A DNA stretch of 64,000 nt, from contig JALFGC010000051.1 of NCBI GenBank assembly GCA_022777485.1, forward strand, positions 10,273 through 74,272. The letters are read 5' to 3'. Numbering within the stretch: position 1 is the stretch's first letter; each line of letters begins with the position of its first letter. A program made the position numbers and the translations under genes. Origin of the DNA: Bacteroidales bacterium (GTDB taxonomy: Bacteria > Bacteroidota > Bacteroidia > Bacteroidales > Paludibacteraceae). The notes beneath the pieces were generated by a model that saw nothing but the letters and a program-made list of their open reading frames with translations, ran no database searches and had not been told where the DNA came from. Positions 19,201 to 26,820 of this stretch are shown here, piece after piece.

Positions 19201-22200
19201 CACGCCCGGAGGATGTACAGTTCACCCGAGTGGACGATGCCGACTCCGTGGTCTTCGTGCAGTCGCCTGTGGATATGCGTTGGCTTGTTTATGGCTCCGA
19301 GCAACACACCTATACGCTGACCTATCCGAGCACACTCTCCGCGAACGCCCATCTCGCAGCCGTGCTACTGGATAGCGTGGGATATTCCAACTTCCTGCCC
19401 TCTGTGGCAGACCAGACCATTGAGGTGGCATCTGCCGACTATACCCTCTCGTGGGTACGCGCAGAGGAAACGCAGCAGGTGGAATACACCTTCGATGATT
19501 CGACCAATACCTACACTGTTACTGTAACTGCAGAGGATAGCACTACCACCTTTACCTACCATTTCATGATAAAGAAACACTTGTCGAGCGATGCTACTTT
19601 GCAGGGTATCTACGTAGGAGGCTCGCTGCTGCCTGCCTTCAAGCCGGAGCAAGAGACCTACACCTATATTCTCCCTGTGGGTGAGAGCAAGCAACAAGAG
19701 CCGCAGATGCCCTCCGTCTCCTACCAAAAGAACCACAGCGGACAGACCGTCATGCTGACAGCAGGTTCCCTCGGCTCACCGACCTATATAGAGGTGCTGG
19801 CAGAGGACGGGCTGACAAGCAAGCATTACGAACTGACTATCCAAGCCGAGCCGAGCCATTGCACCACGCTCACGGGTATCCTTGTCAACGGCAAGCCCAT
19901 CGCCTCTTTCGTCCCCACGCTGCGTTACTATTCTGCTCAAACGACAGACAATGAGGTCAACTTGCAATGGACGAGCAACGATGCCTTCCAGACCGTAACA
20001 TTGCAGAAGGACGGCAACCGCTACACCATCCACGTGCTCGCACAAGACGGTATCAACTATGCTGACTACTACGTGGATGTCTATGCAACGTCCCTATCGA
20101 ATGAGGCTACGTTGGCGAATATATGGCTCAATGGACTTGCTTTCAGCGAGTTTGAGTCAGCACTCAACCCGCGCCTCGGCTTCTCGCCCATGCAACAGGC
20201 ATACACCATCAACCTCCCCAGCGGAACCACCCGCCTGCCCGATGTAAGCGCAACGCTCAAGGAAGACGGACAGACTGTGGCAACACGCACTGAGGAGATG
20301 GCAATCTATCTGGATGTTACCGCACCCGATGGCGTTACCACCAACACCTATTCGCTCTTCTTCAGCGTGCCTCGGTCAACGAATGCCCAACTCGGTATGA
20401 TTTACGTAGGCGATGAGGAATTAGCGGACTTCGCGCCCGATACCTATTACTACCTCGTTACCCTGCCCGTGGGTACGCACAGCCTGCCCGAGGTGCTCAC
20501 CCGCAAGGCAGAGAGCACGCAGACGGTTACCATGACCACTGAGAATGTAGGCGAGACACCCTTCGTTACCATCAAAGTACTGGCAGAGGACCAAACGACG
20601 ACCACCACCTACACTGTGGCGTTTCGCTATACCCTTTCCGAGGCGGACACCTTGCAGATGATTTACGCCGACGGCATGCAGTTGCCCGATTTCTCGCCCG
20701 CCGTACATACCTATGCCTACACCCTGCCCGTGGATGCGACGCAGTTCCCCGAATTGTCGTGGGACGAGGCAGACGCTTGGCAGACCGTCATCTTGGACAC
20801 CACACTGCTCACCGAGACCCAACTGACGCGCCGTATCACCGTTGACGCCGAGAGCGGACGAAAGGGCATCTACACCGTAACCTACGAGCGGTTGCTCTCC
20901 CAAGTAGATACTTTGCGGATGATTTTCGTGGACGGAAAGGCTCTCGAAGGCTTCCGCGCTGATAGCACGGACTACCTCGTTACCATCGACCGCAACGCGG
21001 AGACCATGCCCGTGATAACCTATATCGAGGGCGCTGAGGGGCAGACCATCACGCTGGAGTATGCACTCGCAGCGTACACCAACGACTCCGTAGCACGAAT
21101 CACCGTCATAGCCCCCAACGGCAACACACGCACCTACACCATCCGCTTCACCCGCCGCCTCTCCGACGAGACGGGACTGCAGATGATTTTCGTGGACGGC
21201 ACACCCCTGACCAACTTCGACGAGGACAAATTCTCCTATCGTATCCCGTTGCCCGTCGAGGTTACCGTCCTGCCAATGGTTACTGCCGAGAAGAAGGAAC
21301 CCGAGCAGCAAGTTGCCATCGCTCGCGATGCCGACACCGTGCGTATCCATGTGCAGGCGGAAGACGCCTCAACCGCGACCTACACCCTCACTTTCGAGCA
21401 CCTAAAATCCGACAACACACTCCTCGCTGACATCCGTCTGCAATACGCCGACGACAGCGCGGTGGTCGAACTGACCCCCACCTTCTCCCCATCGCACTAC
21501 GACTACGCGGTAACCCTGCCATTCGGCACCAACAGCCTGCCTACCATCCTGCCCGCGAAGAGCGACGAGGAGCAGACGGTAGAGATATCCGCCCCGCAGG
21601 TGATTGGCGAAGGTACTGCAAAGCAGGCGATCGTTACCATCACTGTTACCGCCCCCAACGAGGAAGACCAAGCCGCCTACACCATCACCTTCACCTTTGC
21701 ACAAAATAGCGACGCGCGCCTGACGGACATCTTCCTGCGCAACGAGCGACTCGAGGGATTCCACCCCGACACGCTCGAGTACACCATCTCGTACCCCGCG
21801 CACAGCACCACAGCGGACTTCGTTACAACGAAAGATGTGCATGCCGTACTGTCGGATGAGGCTGCCACACTCCTGCTATCCATGGACGACGCAGGCACCA
21901 TCCTGCTCAGCGTTACCGCGCAGGACGGGACCAACCGTACCTACTCCATCCGACAGAACATACTCCTCGACACCGAAAACACACTACGAATGATTTTCTT
22001 CGACGATGTTCCCTTCGAGGCGTTTGACCCAGAACAAGACTTCTACACTTACTATCTCGTCGATGGTATGACACCACCGGCAATCACGGCCGAAGCCATG
22101 TCTGACCTCGCAGAAATCAGTATCAAAGAGGTCTCTGCCGGCGACACTTGCATGATTATCTGCACATCCGAATCGGGCGAGAGCCGCCGTTACAGGATTT

Positions 22201-22547
22201 GGTTCGCCATCTCACAAATCGACAACGCTGCCAAACCAACCAAGCACGATGTGATGCTCCGCCGAGCGGAAGGCTCCTACCAACTCTTTGCGGCTACAAC
22301 CCGTGCGAATGTCTCCATCGCCATCTACAACACCACCGGAAAAAGGCTCTTCATGGAGAAAATCCCGACCGCAAATCCCAACGATGTGCACTTGGCGACA
22401 GACAGCCATGGAAACGAGATGTTGATAGATGTGTACAATGTCTCTTCCGGAGTCCTTATTGACCTGAATCCCAACGAGATATACTACTACACCTTCTTCG
22501 AAATGGACAAAGAGGTCATTACTTCCGGCAAGATAATTCTCTTGTAA
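13230..22547 (+). CDS. Giant T9SS-secreted surface protein (3105 aa): signal peptide, PCMD-like domain, ~15 cadherin-like repeats, second PCMD-like domain, ~15 more repeats, T9SS C-terminal domain
   Basis: Signal peptide MKNLNMSTFKRVLISACLLLMAGVLQAQQ. The motif LPNASFEDW opens domain 1 and LPNGEFTEW opens domain 2. The ~85-90-aa repeats follow the pattern L..I.LDG..L..F.P....Y.V.LP.GT...P.V......Q.V.I........I.VTA.DG....YTI.F. The C-terminus ends YYYTFFEMDKEVITSGKIILL. Confidence 0.88.
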   Translation: MKNLNMSTFKRVLISACLLLMAGVLQAQQLPNASFEDWSGAQFDGNIQPASWNVSNVTQFGFKFNFAYREAGHTGSYCLRVQDREIGAAGITEVSPGYFSLGQPWVYIESLTKVSYATAGTEGGMSFTYRPDSMSVWIKRTGNNTDKEDFYLLYYAWSGTAKSSKYKGKNSSCTSVSKTNEESDIRIALDGNECGTDQKANQIAEGMWRERKTYGEWTNIKVPIYYFNNDAPTMMNIIFSASNYPNYRANSGLYDGNSLWVDDVSLIYSSKIQKLYIDDKEWKGFDPNNTGEQVYSLGQSATTLPKIEAKRGIGTLTNAHGETANFTGRTLSGKEITITNGEIDGAPTTITVRAEDGSSTTTYKIKFVRAASTNSKLAGLSVNGEPIAAFNPNTLNYTYELPYGTTDVPVVSADKAEDGQTVSITQPTSTTGKATVVVTAADKKTTSTYTIQFAVALLSDNTLKDIKVNGNSLPGFTPTQTIYRVSLPEGTTDMPDVEAVSAYPDGAQTIDYLPPAQVEGGQYQISVTTPGNPVAKVYKLNFKLEASSYTYLADLQMGGYITDFQPEVLTYYVNLHLGTTELPEVTYVPGDPYQTITVEEGGLDGTTRVIVTAANGDQSIYKIIVSTEKSDVKTLQNILLDGVPLEGFSPDKVQYNVQLPIGTEILPAITVKQGDEYQTVSIVSGGLNGTTRITVTAGNGETMVYQITFSVEKATNNTLRMITLDGVDLEGFNPEVDEYTINLPMGTTKQPEVGWTPNDEYQTISVRKGTAITDDVKITVRPQSGTSRTYTLHFTLEVSGNTALAMIYLDGDSLQGFHADTLHYTDTLPAGVSEMPEVTYDKGDETQKVLSITEGYVHTLTVTAPSGAKQIYTITFVVQKSENAFLKMIYLDGDSLPDFDKNVLAYEVELTAATCPVIAVDKENGQQVTITTPYGEGTARIRVQPEQGAANTYTILFKKTAQTAVQLQNILLDGVAIEDFSPVKTDYAVDFKGTRPVLTWVAGEGQTVQRLEKQDTVLLVVSAGADYATYTIAFRRTLSNDATLAAILLDSVALAEFVPTNTNYTINLPAGATMPVVTYQAGHPAQTIVMGGLEPMQTGITVQAENGAETTYTVTFAVALYSDATLADLQVEGHTLGYQPTQTEYTLSLDEGMPIPALHYTAREGQRVVLSEPNNNEQRITVTAENETTITYIIEYTRTISGNALLADILLDGVSLADFAPDRFAYVDSLPMRTKTIPSVFPVGQLPGQTITTYFSAPDGVTTIHVVAPNGTDTQDYTIAFPVRKSSNAALTDLYLNSDEVELRFHPDTLYYTVLMPYQATEVPQMTYEASAEQTVEVVSRPLGEESKLRVHAEDGTERVYTVLFQKQYSPKANLLDSIIVEETGASLPVNTLTQTVSLPFGTRNMTIRYKKAFDEQTVWVQSGGINKPTILTVQSNRPDEEAATYTLTPAVATQDPATLTGITVDGTALADFDHNRFTYICNRTSANTPMVLTTQESGVQMNVVSDVWHWQAKVSAEGYENTYTIYFHYPNEVLPNGEFTEWTTTTYSGDKPVGWNAPSDYLDQTYARNVCQKSGESELKLVTAYNAGLGSAFPSVVNIADMMANNAVAGGSRVMPYGFIAFHNTPDNARMRFYYKAKNSDASGALFRYIFYDSNGTPHPYEQLETAKSSNYVERTISLPTDGLSVLGLDVVIDPTGMYPQTKRDCELYVDYLRFSYNSTLTGLKVNEKTATKSGNAFKVQLDSEETDLPTLSFVGEVSDQAQQIIWTEYPDSVGCQHRKATIINYAEDGTHTDYTLTVLRPRNNTNMLADLLVDGVSLAGFNATTVNYTLTLPANSPLPSVQPVLANGLQSVTTSFSNNVLSIKVTPEKGGSKTYKITFRRVPSNNTTLAALAGVPDFAADTRDYTINADAMPALHFTKHSDAQTAVLTRPTADTAIITVTAEDGISKGTYTITLQRPTPTTSGQIKDMNVNGRPWTDFSSTKYDYTLSRPEDVQFTRVDDADSVVFVQSPVDMRWLVYGSEQHTYTLTYPSTLSANAHLAAVLLDSVGYSNFLPSVADQTIEVASADYTLSWVRAEETQQVEYTFDDSTNTYTVTVTAEDSTTTFTYHFMIKKHLSSDATLQGIYVGGSLLPAFKPEQETYTYILPVGESKQQEPQMPSVSYQKNHSGQTVMLTAGSLGSPTYIEVLAEDGLTSKHYELTIQAEPSHCTTLTGILVNGKPIASFVPTLRYYSAQTTDNEVNLQWTSNDAFQTVTLQKDGNRYTIHVLAQDGINYADYYVDVYATSLSNEATLANIWLNGLAFSEFESALNPRLGFSPMQQAYTINLPSGTTRLPDVSATLKEDGQTVATRTEEMAIYLDVTAPDGVTTNTYSLFFSVPRSTNAQLGMIYVGDEELADFAPDTYYYLVTLPVGTHSLPEVLTRKAESTQTVTMTTENVGETPFVTIKVLAEDQTTTTTYTVAFRYTLSEADTLQMIYADGMQLPDFSPAVHTYAYTLPVDATQFPELSWDEADAWQTVILDTTLLTETQLTRRITVDAESGRKGIYTVTYERLLSQVDTLRMIFVDGKALEGFRADSTDYLVTIDRNAETMPVITYIEGAEGQTITLEYALAAYTNDSVARITVIAPNGNTRTYTIRFTRRLSDETGLQMIFVDGTPLTNFDEDKFSYRIPLPVEVTVLPMVTAEKKEPEQQVAIARDADTVRIHVQAEDASTATYTLTFEHLKSDNTLLADIRLQYADDSAVVELTPTFSPSHYDYAVTLPFGTNSLPTILPAKSDEEQTVEISAPQVIGEGTAKQAIVTITVTAPNEEDQAAYTITFTFAQNSDARLTDIFLRNERLEGFHPDTLEYTISYPAHSTTADFVTTKDVHAVLSDEAATLLLSMDDAGTILLSVTAQDGTNRTYSIRQNILLDTENTLRMIFFDDVPFEAFDPEQDFYTYYLVDGMTPPAITAEAMSDLAEISIKEVSAGDTCMIICTSESGESRRYRIWFAISQIDNAAKPTKHDVMLRRAEGSYQLFAATTRANVSIAIYNTTGKRLFMEKIPTANPNDVHLATDSHGNEMLIDVYNVSSGVLIDLNPNEIYYYTFFEMDKEVITSGKIILL

Positions 22548-22570
22548 GAACCGTCTGCGATTTCTCGCCG

Positions 22571-22600
22571 AAAAACCTGCGCCCGATAGCGCGGGTTTTT
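22571..22600 (+). terminator. Rho-independent terminator after the giant gene
   Basis: The sequence is aaaaacctgcgc-ccgata-gcgcgggttttt, a GC stem with a flanking A-run and T-run. Confidence 0.65.
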
Positions 22601-22775
22601 CGTGGGTCTATCGGAACATTACCGCGGGTCTATCGCAAGTCTATCGCAGGTCTCCCTTCAAAAAGCATAGGCCGTATCCGGCTCATCCACATCCGCCAAA
22701 GGGCACAATATGTACGAAATTTGTGTAAAAATATACTTTTTGCCAAATAGATTTTGCAGTTTCAAAAAAAATCAC

Positions 22776-22783
22776 TAATTTTG
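22776..22783 (+). promoter_or_regulatory. -7 box TAATTTTG, candidate promoter of rseC-rnf
   Basis: Exact TAnnTTTG match, 26 nt upstream of ATG 22809. Confidence 0.55.
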
Positions 22784-22808
22784 TGCACTTTTTGGAATAC
22801 GCGATGTG

Positions 22809-23219
22809 ATGGACGAGCCGATACGACACGAAGGCATAGTACTTGCCGTAAACGACGGAAAAGCACTGGTGGAGATTATCCAAACCAGTGCTTGTAGTGC
22901 GTGCAAGGCGCTTAGCATGTGCATGTCCGCCGAGAGCCAAGAGAAACGCATTGACGCCCTAATGATGGAGCCGATGAAACCCGGAGACCGCGTCGAAGTG
23001 ATGGTGGCGGAGAAACTCGCATGGAAAGCCGTGTTGCTCGCCTACATCCTGCCGTTTGTCGTGATGATTGCCATCGTGGGGCTGTTGGAAATCTGGATAC
23101 ACAACGAAGCCGTAGTAGGCACCATCGCACTATGCGCTATCGCATTGTATTACATCATGCTATCCTTCTTCCGAGGCCGACTGCAAAAAGAGTTCTCTTT
23201 CACCGCAAGAAAAATCTAA
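22809..23219 (+). CDS. rseC: RseC/MucC-family (SoxR-reducing system) small membrane protein
   Basis: Contains HEGIVLAVNDGKALVEIIQTSACSACKALSMC...PGDRVEV followed by two TM helices. It sits directly upstream of rnfB, as is common in Bacteroidales. Confidence 0.78.
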   Translation: MDEPIRHEGIVLAVNDGKALVEIIQTSACSACKALSMCMSAESQEKRIDALMMEPMKPGDRVEVMVAEKLAWKAVLLAYILPFVVMIAIVGLLEIWIHNEAVVGTIALCAIALYYIMLSFFRGRLQKEFSFTARKI

Positions 23220-23251
23220 CCACTGACAACTAATTAACAAACACACATATC

Positions 23252-24178
23252 ATGAACTTAATTCTTATTTCTTTGGCCGTTCTTGGCGTAACAGGCTTAG
23301 TGGCAGCCGTGCTGCTCTACCTGATTGCCCAGAAGTTCAAGGTAGAAGAAGACCCCCGTATCGACGAGGTGCAGGAGGCGCTCCCGGGTGCTAACTGCGG
23401 CGGCTGCGGCTTTGCCGGTTGCCGTGCGCTGGCTGAGGCTTGCGTCAAGGCGGACTCGCTCGATGGTCTCTTCTGCCCTGTCGGCGGCGCACCCACGATG
23501 ACGAAAGTGGGTGAAATCTTAGGTTTGGCAGCCCCCGTAACGGAGCCGAAAGTAGCGGTAGTACGCTGCAACGGTACCTGCGCAGCGCGCCCTAAGACGA
23601 GTGAGTACAACGGTGAGCGCCATTGCGACATCATGCACAGCCTCTACGGAGGCGAGGCAGACTGCCGCTTCGGTTGCTTGGGTTGCGGCGACTGCACCCG
23701 TGCATGCCAGTTCGGAGCACTGTCTATCAACACCGAGACAGGACTCCCCGTAGTGGACGAGGAGAAATGTACCGCCTGCGGCAAGTGCGTGCAAGCCTGC
23801 CCGCGCCGCCTGATTGAGTTGCGCAAGAAAGGTCCCAAGAACCGCCGTATGGTGGTGCTCTGCCGCAACGAAGACAAAGGCGCCATCACGCGCAAAGTCT
23901 GCCAAAACGGTTGTATCGGCTGCGGCAAGTGCGCCAAAGAGTGTCCCTTCGACGCTATCGTTGTGGAGAACAATGTGGCGTACATCGACTTCGAGAAATG
24001 CCGTCTCTGCCGCAAGTGCGAGGCCGTATGCCCCACCGGCGCTATCCACGCCGTGAACTTCCCGCCCCGCCCCCAGAAACCCGCAGAGCCGAAACCGGCA
24101 CCCGCACCTGCACCTGTAGCAGCACAGGCTGACGCCAAAGCGGTCGAACCAAATGTAGAAAAGGAGGTAAAAGCATGA
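23252..24178 (+). CDS. rnfB: Rnf complex subunit B (polyferredoxin)
   Basis: N-terminal TM helix, LPGANCGGCGFAGCRALAEA, several CxxCxxCxxxCP ferredoxin motifs and a PA-rich tail. Confidence 0.9.
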   Translation: MNLILISLAVLGVTGLVAAVLLYLIAQKFKVEEDPRIDEVQEALPGANCGGCGFAGCRALAEACVKADSLDGLFCPVGGAPTMTKVGEILGLAAPVTEPKVAVVRCNGTCAARPKTSEYNGERHCDIMHSLYGGEADCRFGCLGCGDCTRACQFGALSINTETGLPVVDEEKCTACGKCVQACPRRLIELRKKGPKNRRMVVLCRNEDKGAITRKVCQNGCIGCGKCAKECPFDAIVVENNVAYIDFEKCRLCRKCEAVCPTGAIHAVNFPPRPQKPAEPKPAPAPAPVAAQADAKAVEPNVEKEVKA

Positions 24179-25518
24179 GTACATTTCGTATAGGTGGAGT
24201 TCATCCACAAGAAAATAAGGAGTTTTCGGCACACAAGCCCATCGTGGATTGCCCGCTGCCGAAGAAAGCGACCATCCTGCTCGCGCAGCACATCGGTGCA
24301 CCTGCCGTACCCGTTGTAGAGAAGGGCGATAAAGTGCTCGTTGGACAACTGATAGCCAAGGCAAACGGTTTTGTCAGTTCAAATGTATGCTCGCCCGTGA
24401 GCGGTACGGTAACCAAGATTGACTCTATCGTGGACGCAACGGGCTTCCGCGCACCCGCCATCATGATTGATGTAGAGGGCGACGAGTGGCTCCCCGAGAT
24501 AGACCGCACGCCGGACATCAAGCGCGACTGCACGCTCGAACCCAAGGAAATAGTGGACAAGATTGCCGCTGCGGGTATCGTAGGTCTTGGTGGAGCATGC
24601 TTCCCCACTCAGGTGAAGTTGCTTCCGCCCCCGGGCAAGAAAGCCGAAGTACTGATTGTCAACGGTGTAGAGTGCGAACCCTACCTCACCAACGACCACC
24701 AACTGATGCTTGAGCACGGCGAGGAAATCATGATTGGTATCCAAATCGTGATGAAAGCCCTCGGTATCAGCCGCGCCATCATCGGCATTGAGAAGAACAA
24801 GCCCGACGCCATCAAGCACATGCAGGAACTCGCAAGCAGAGTCCTTGGCGTAGAGGTGAAACCGCTCAAAGTGAAATACCCGCAAGGTGGTGAGAAACAG
24901 TTGATTGACGCATGTATCCGTCGCCAAGTGCCCAGCGGTGCACTGCCTATTGAGGTAGGTGCTGTAGTGGACAATGTGGCAACACTTTATGCCGTTTATG
25001 AGGCTGTGCAGAAGAATAAACCGCTGATTGACCGTGTGATGACCGTTACCGGCAAACACATGGAGAAGCCGGGTAATTACCGCGTGCGCTTCGGTACGCC
25101 CATCACGGAGATTATCGACTTCGCAGGCGGTATCCCCGACCACTCCGGTCGTATCATCGCAGGCGGTCCGATGATGGGACGCGCCATCTCCAACTTGGCT
25201 GCCATGCCTGCCAACAAGCGCCTCTCCGCGTTGCTCTTTATGCCTGAGAATGAGAGCCGACGCCACGAGCCGAGCAACTGTATCCGCTGCGCGAAGTGCG
25301 TAGACGCTTGCCCGATGGGCTTGGAGCCCTACCTGCTCGCACAACTCAGTGCCCGTCAGGATTGGGACACGATGGAGAAGCACGATGTGATGGACTGCAT
25401 CGACTGCGGTTCCTGCCTCTTCACATGCCCCAGCCACCGACCGCTGCTCGACTACATCCGCTTGGGCAAAGGTAAAGTAGGGGCGAATATCCGCGCAAGA
25501 CAAGCCGCAAAGAAGTAA
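24175..25518 (+). CDS. rnfC: Rnf complex subunit C
   Basis: Contains GIVGLGGACFPTQVKL, VNGVECEPYLTNDHQLM, CIRCAKCVDACP and CIDCGSCLFTCP. A 4-nt overlap with rnfB. Confidence 0.92.
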   Translation: MSTFRIGGVHPQENKEFSAHKPIVDCPLPKKATILLAQHIGAPAVPVVEKGDKVLVGQLIAKANGFVSSNVCSPVSGTVTKIDSIVDATGFRAPAIMIDVEGDEWLPEIDRTPDIKRDCTLEPKEIVDKIAAAGIVGLGGACFPTQVKLLPPPGKKAEVLIVNGVECEPYLTNDHQLMLEHGEEIMIGIQIVMKALGISRAIIGIEKNKPDAIKHMQELASRVLGVEVKPLKVKYPQGGEKQLIDACIRRQVPSGALPIEVGAVVDNVATLYAVYEAVQKNKPLIDRVMTVTGKHMEKPGNYRVRFGTPITEIIDFAGGIPDHSGRIIAGGPMMGRAISNLAAMPANKRLSALLFMPENESRRHEPSNCIRCAKCVDACPMGLEPYLLAQLSARQDWDTMEKHDVMDCIDCGSCLFTCPSHRPLLDYIRLGKGKVGANIRARQAAKK

Positions 25519-25526
25519 AACAGACG

Positions 25527-25670
25527 TTAGACCGCGCTTCGCGCTGAACGACTAAAGACCGCTCACTCCGTTCGCTGCCAGACTGATATACTTGATTAGT
25601 GGTCAGTCAGCGAAGCGATCGGACAGTGAAACGGTCGAACAGCGAAAGCGGTCTTTCAGTGAAACGGTCA
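25527..25670. repeat. Mosaic palindromic element (GACCGCGCTTCGCGCTG words) between rnfC and rnfD
   Basis: The left arm is gaccgcgcttcgcgctgaacgac...ttcgctgccagactgatata. The right arm is gtcagtcagcgaagcgatcggacagtgaaacggtcgaacagcgaaagcggtc. Confidence 0.85.
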
Positions 25671-25689
25671 TAAAATCCTAATAAGAAAT

Positions 25690-26688
25690 ATGCAAAAGTT
25701 AATTGTATCTCCGGCTCCGCATGTTCATAATAACGACAGCGTCCGGAAGAATATGCTCCTCGTGATAGCCGCTCTGCTGCCGGCATATGTGATGTCGGTT
25801 ATCGAGTTCGGTTGGGGCGCATTGATAACAGCGGCCATCAGCGTGGCAGCCTGCGTGCTGTTCGAGTGGCTGATAGCGAAGTTTCTGCTCAAGGAAACGC
25901 CGGTGATAGGCGACTGCTCCGCCATCTTGACGGGTCTGTTGCTCGCCTTCAACCTGCCGAGCAACATGCCTTGGTGGATAGTGCTGATTGGCGCATTGGT
26001 AGCCATTGGCGTAGGTAAGATGTCGTTCGGCGGCATTGGGCAGAACCCCTTCAACCCCGCGCTGGTAGGTCGTGTATTCCTGCTAATCTCCTTCCCTGTA
26101 CAAATGACGACTTGGCCTCGCCCGTTGGGCTTCGCCGGCAGTTATGTGGACGCAGAGACGGGCGCAACCCCGCTGGCACTACTCAAACAAGCAGTAAAGA
26201 ACGGCGATAGTAGCGTGCTCGAGCAGTTGCCGAGCCTGTGGGATTCGTTCCTTGGCGTGATGGGCGGCTCGCTCGGTGAGGTCAGTGCATTGCTCCTGCT
26301 CATCGGTGGGCTCTTCCTTATTATCACGCGCGTGATAACATGGCACATCCCCGTCAGTATCTTGGCTACGGTGGCCCTCTTTGCAGCCGTTACAGGCTGG
26401 TGCGGTGCATTGCCCGAGGGTATCACTACCGCAGAATATGTAGCATTGACCCTCTGCACGGGTGGTATCATGCTCGGTGCCTTCTTCATGGCGACCGACT
26501 ATGTTACTTCGCCGATGAGCAACTGGGGAAAAATCATCTTCGGTATCGGTATCGGTGTGATAGTGATGGTGATTCGTACATGGGGTGCTTATCCTGAAGG
26601 TATGTCGTTTGCCATCCTGATTATGAACGCTTGCGTTCCATTGTTGAACAAGATACGCCCGAGACGCTTCGGCGAGAAAAAGAAGTAA
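25690..26688 (+). CDS. rnfD: Rnf complex subunit D
   Basis: Contains SPAPHVHN and GGIGQNPFNPALVGRVFLLISFP, with a polytopic TM profile and an FMN-site context of ATDYVTSP. Confidence 0.9.
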   Translation: MQKLIVSPAPHVHNNDSVRKNMLLVIAALLPAYVMSVIEFGWGALITAAISVAACVLFEWLIAKFLLKETPVIGDCSAILTGLLLAFNLPSNMPWWIVLIGALVAIGVGKMSFGGIGQNPFNPALVGRVFLLISFPVQMTTWPRPLGFAGSYVDAETGATPLALLKQAVKNGDSSVLEQLPSLWDSFLGVMGGSLGEVSALLLLIGGLFLIITRVITWHIPVSILATVALFAAVTGWCGALPEGITTAEYVALTLCTGGIMLGAFFMATDYVTSPMSNWGKIIFGIGIGVIVMVIRTWGAYPEGMSFAILIMNACVPLLNKIRPRRFGEKKK

Positions 26689-26691
26689 CTT

Positions 26692-26804
26692 AGACCGCGC
26701 TTCGCGCTGAAAGACCGTCTAACGACTGAACGACCGCCTACGGCTGAAAGATAGTCGGGAAACGAAGTGGTCGGACAGTGAAACGGTCAGACAGCGAAGC
26801 GGTC
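26692..26804. repeat. Mosaic palindromic element between rnfD and rnfG
   Basis: The sequence is gaccgcgcttcgcgctgaaagaccgtctaacgactgaacgaccg...gtcgggaaacgaagtggtcggacagtgaaacggtcagacagcgaagcggtc. Confidence 0.85.
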
Positions 26805-26820
26805 AAAAAATTCTACAATT

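Noticed and set aside
13794-21934. Many 60-310-aa minus-strand and off-frame ORFs inside the giant surface protein gene
   Set aside because: All are nested in one uninterrupted 9.3-kb frame whose translation shows a regular domain repeat pattern. The nested ORFs are R/G/H-rich with no structure.
24379-25503. 374-aa minus-strand ORF antisense to rnfC, with similar ones at 23519-24364 and 23644-24348 antisense to rnfB
   Set aside because: The sense-strand genes carry unmistakable Rnf and ferredoxin motifs, and the antisense translations have none.
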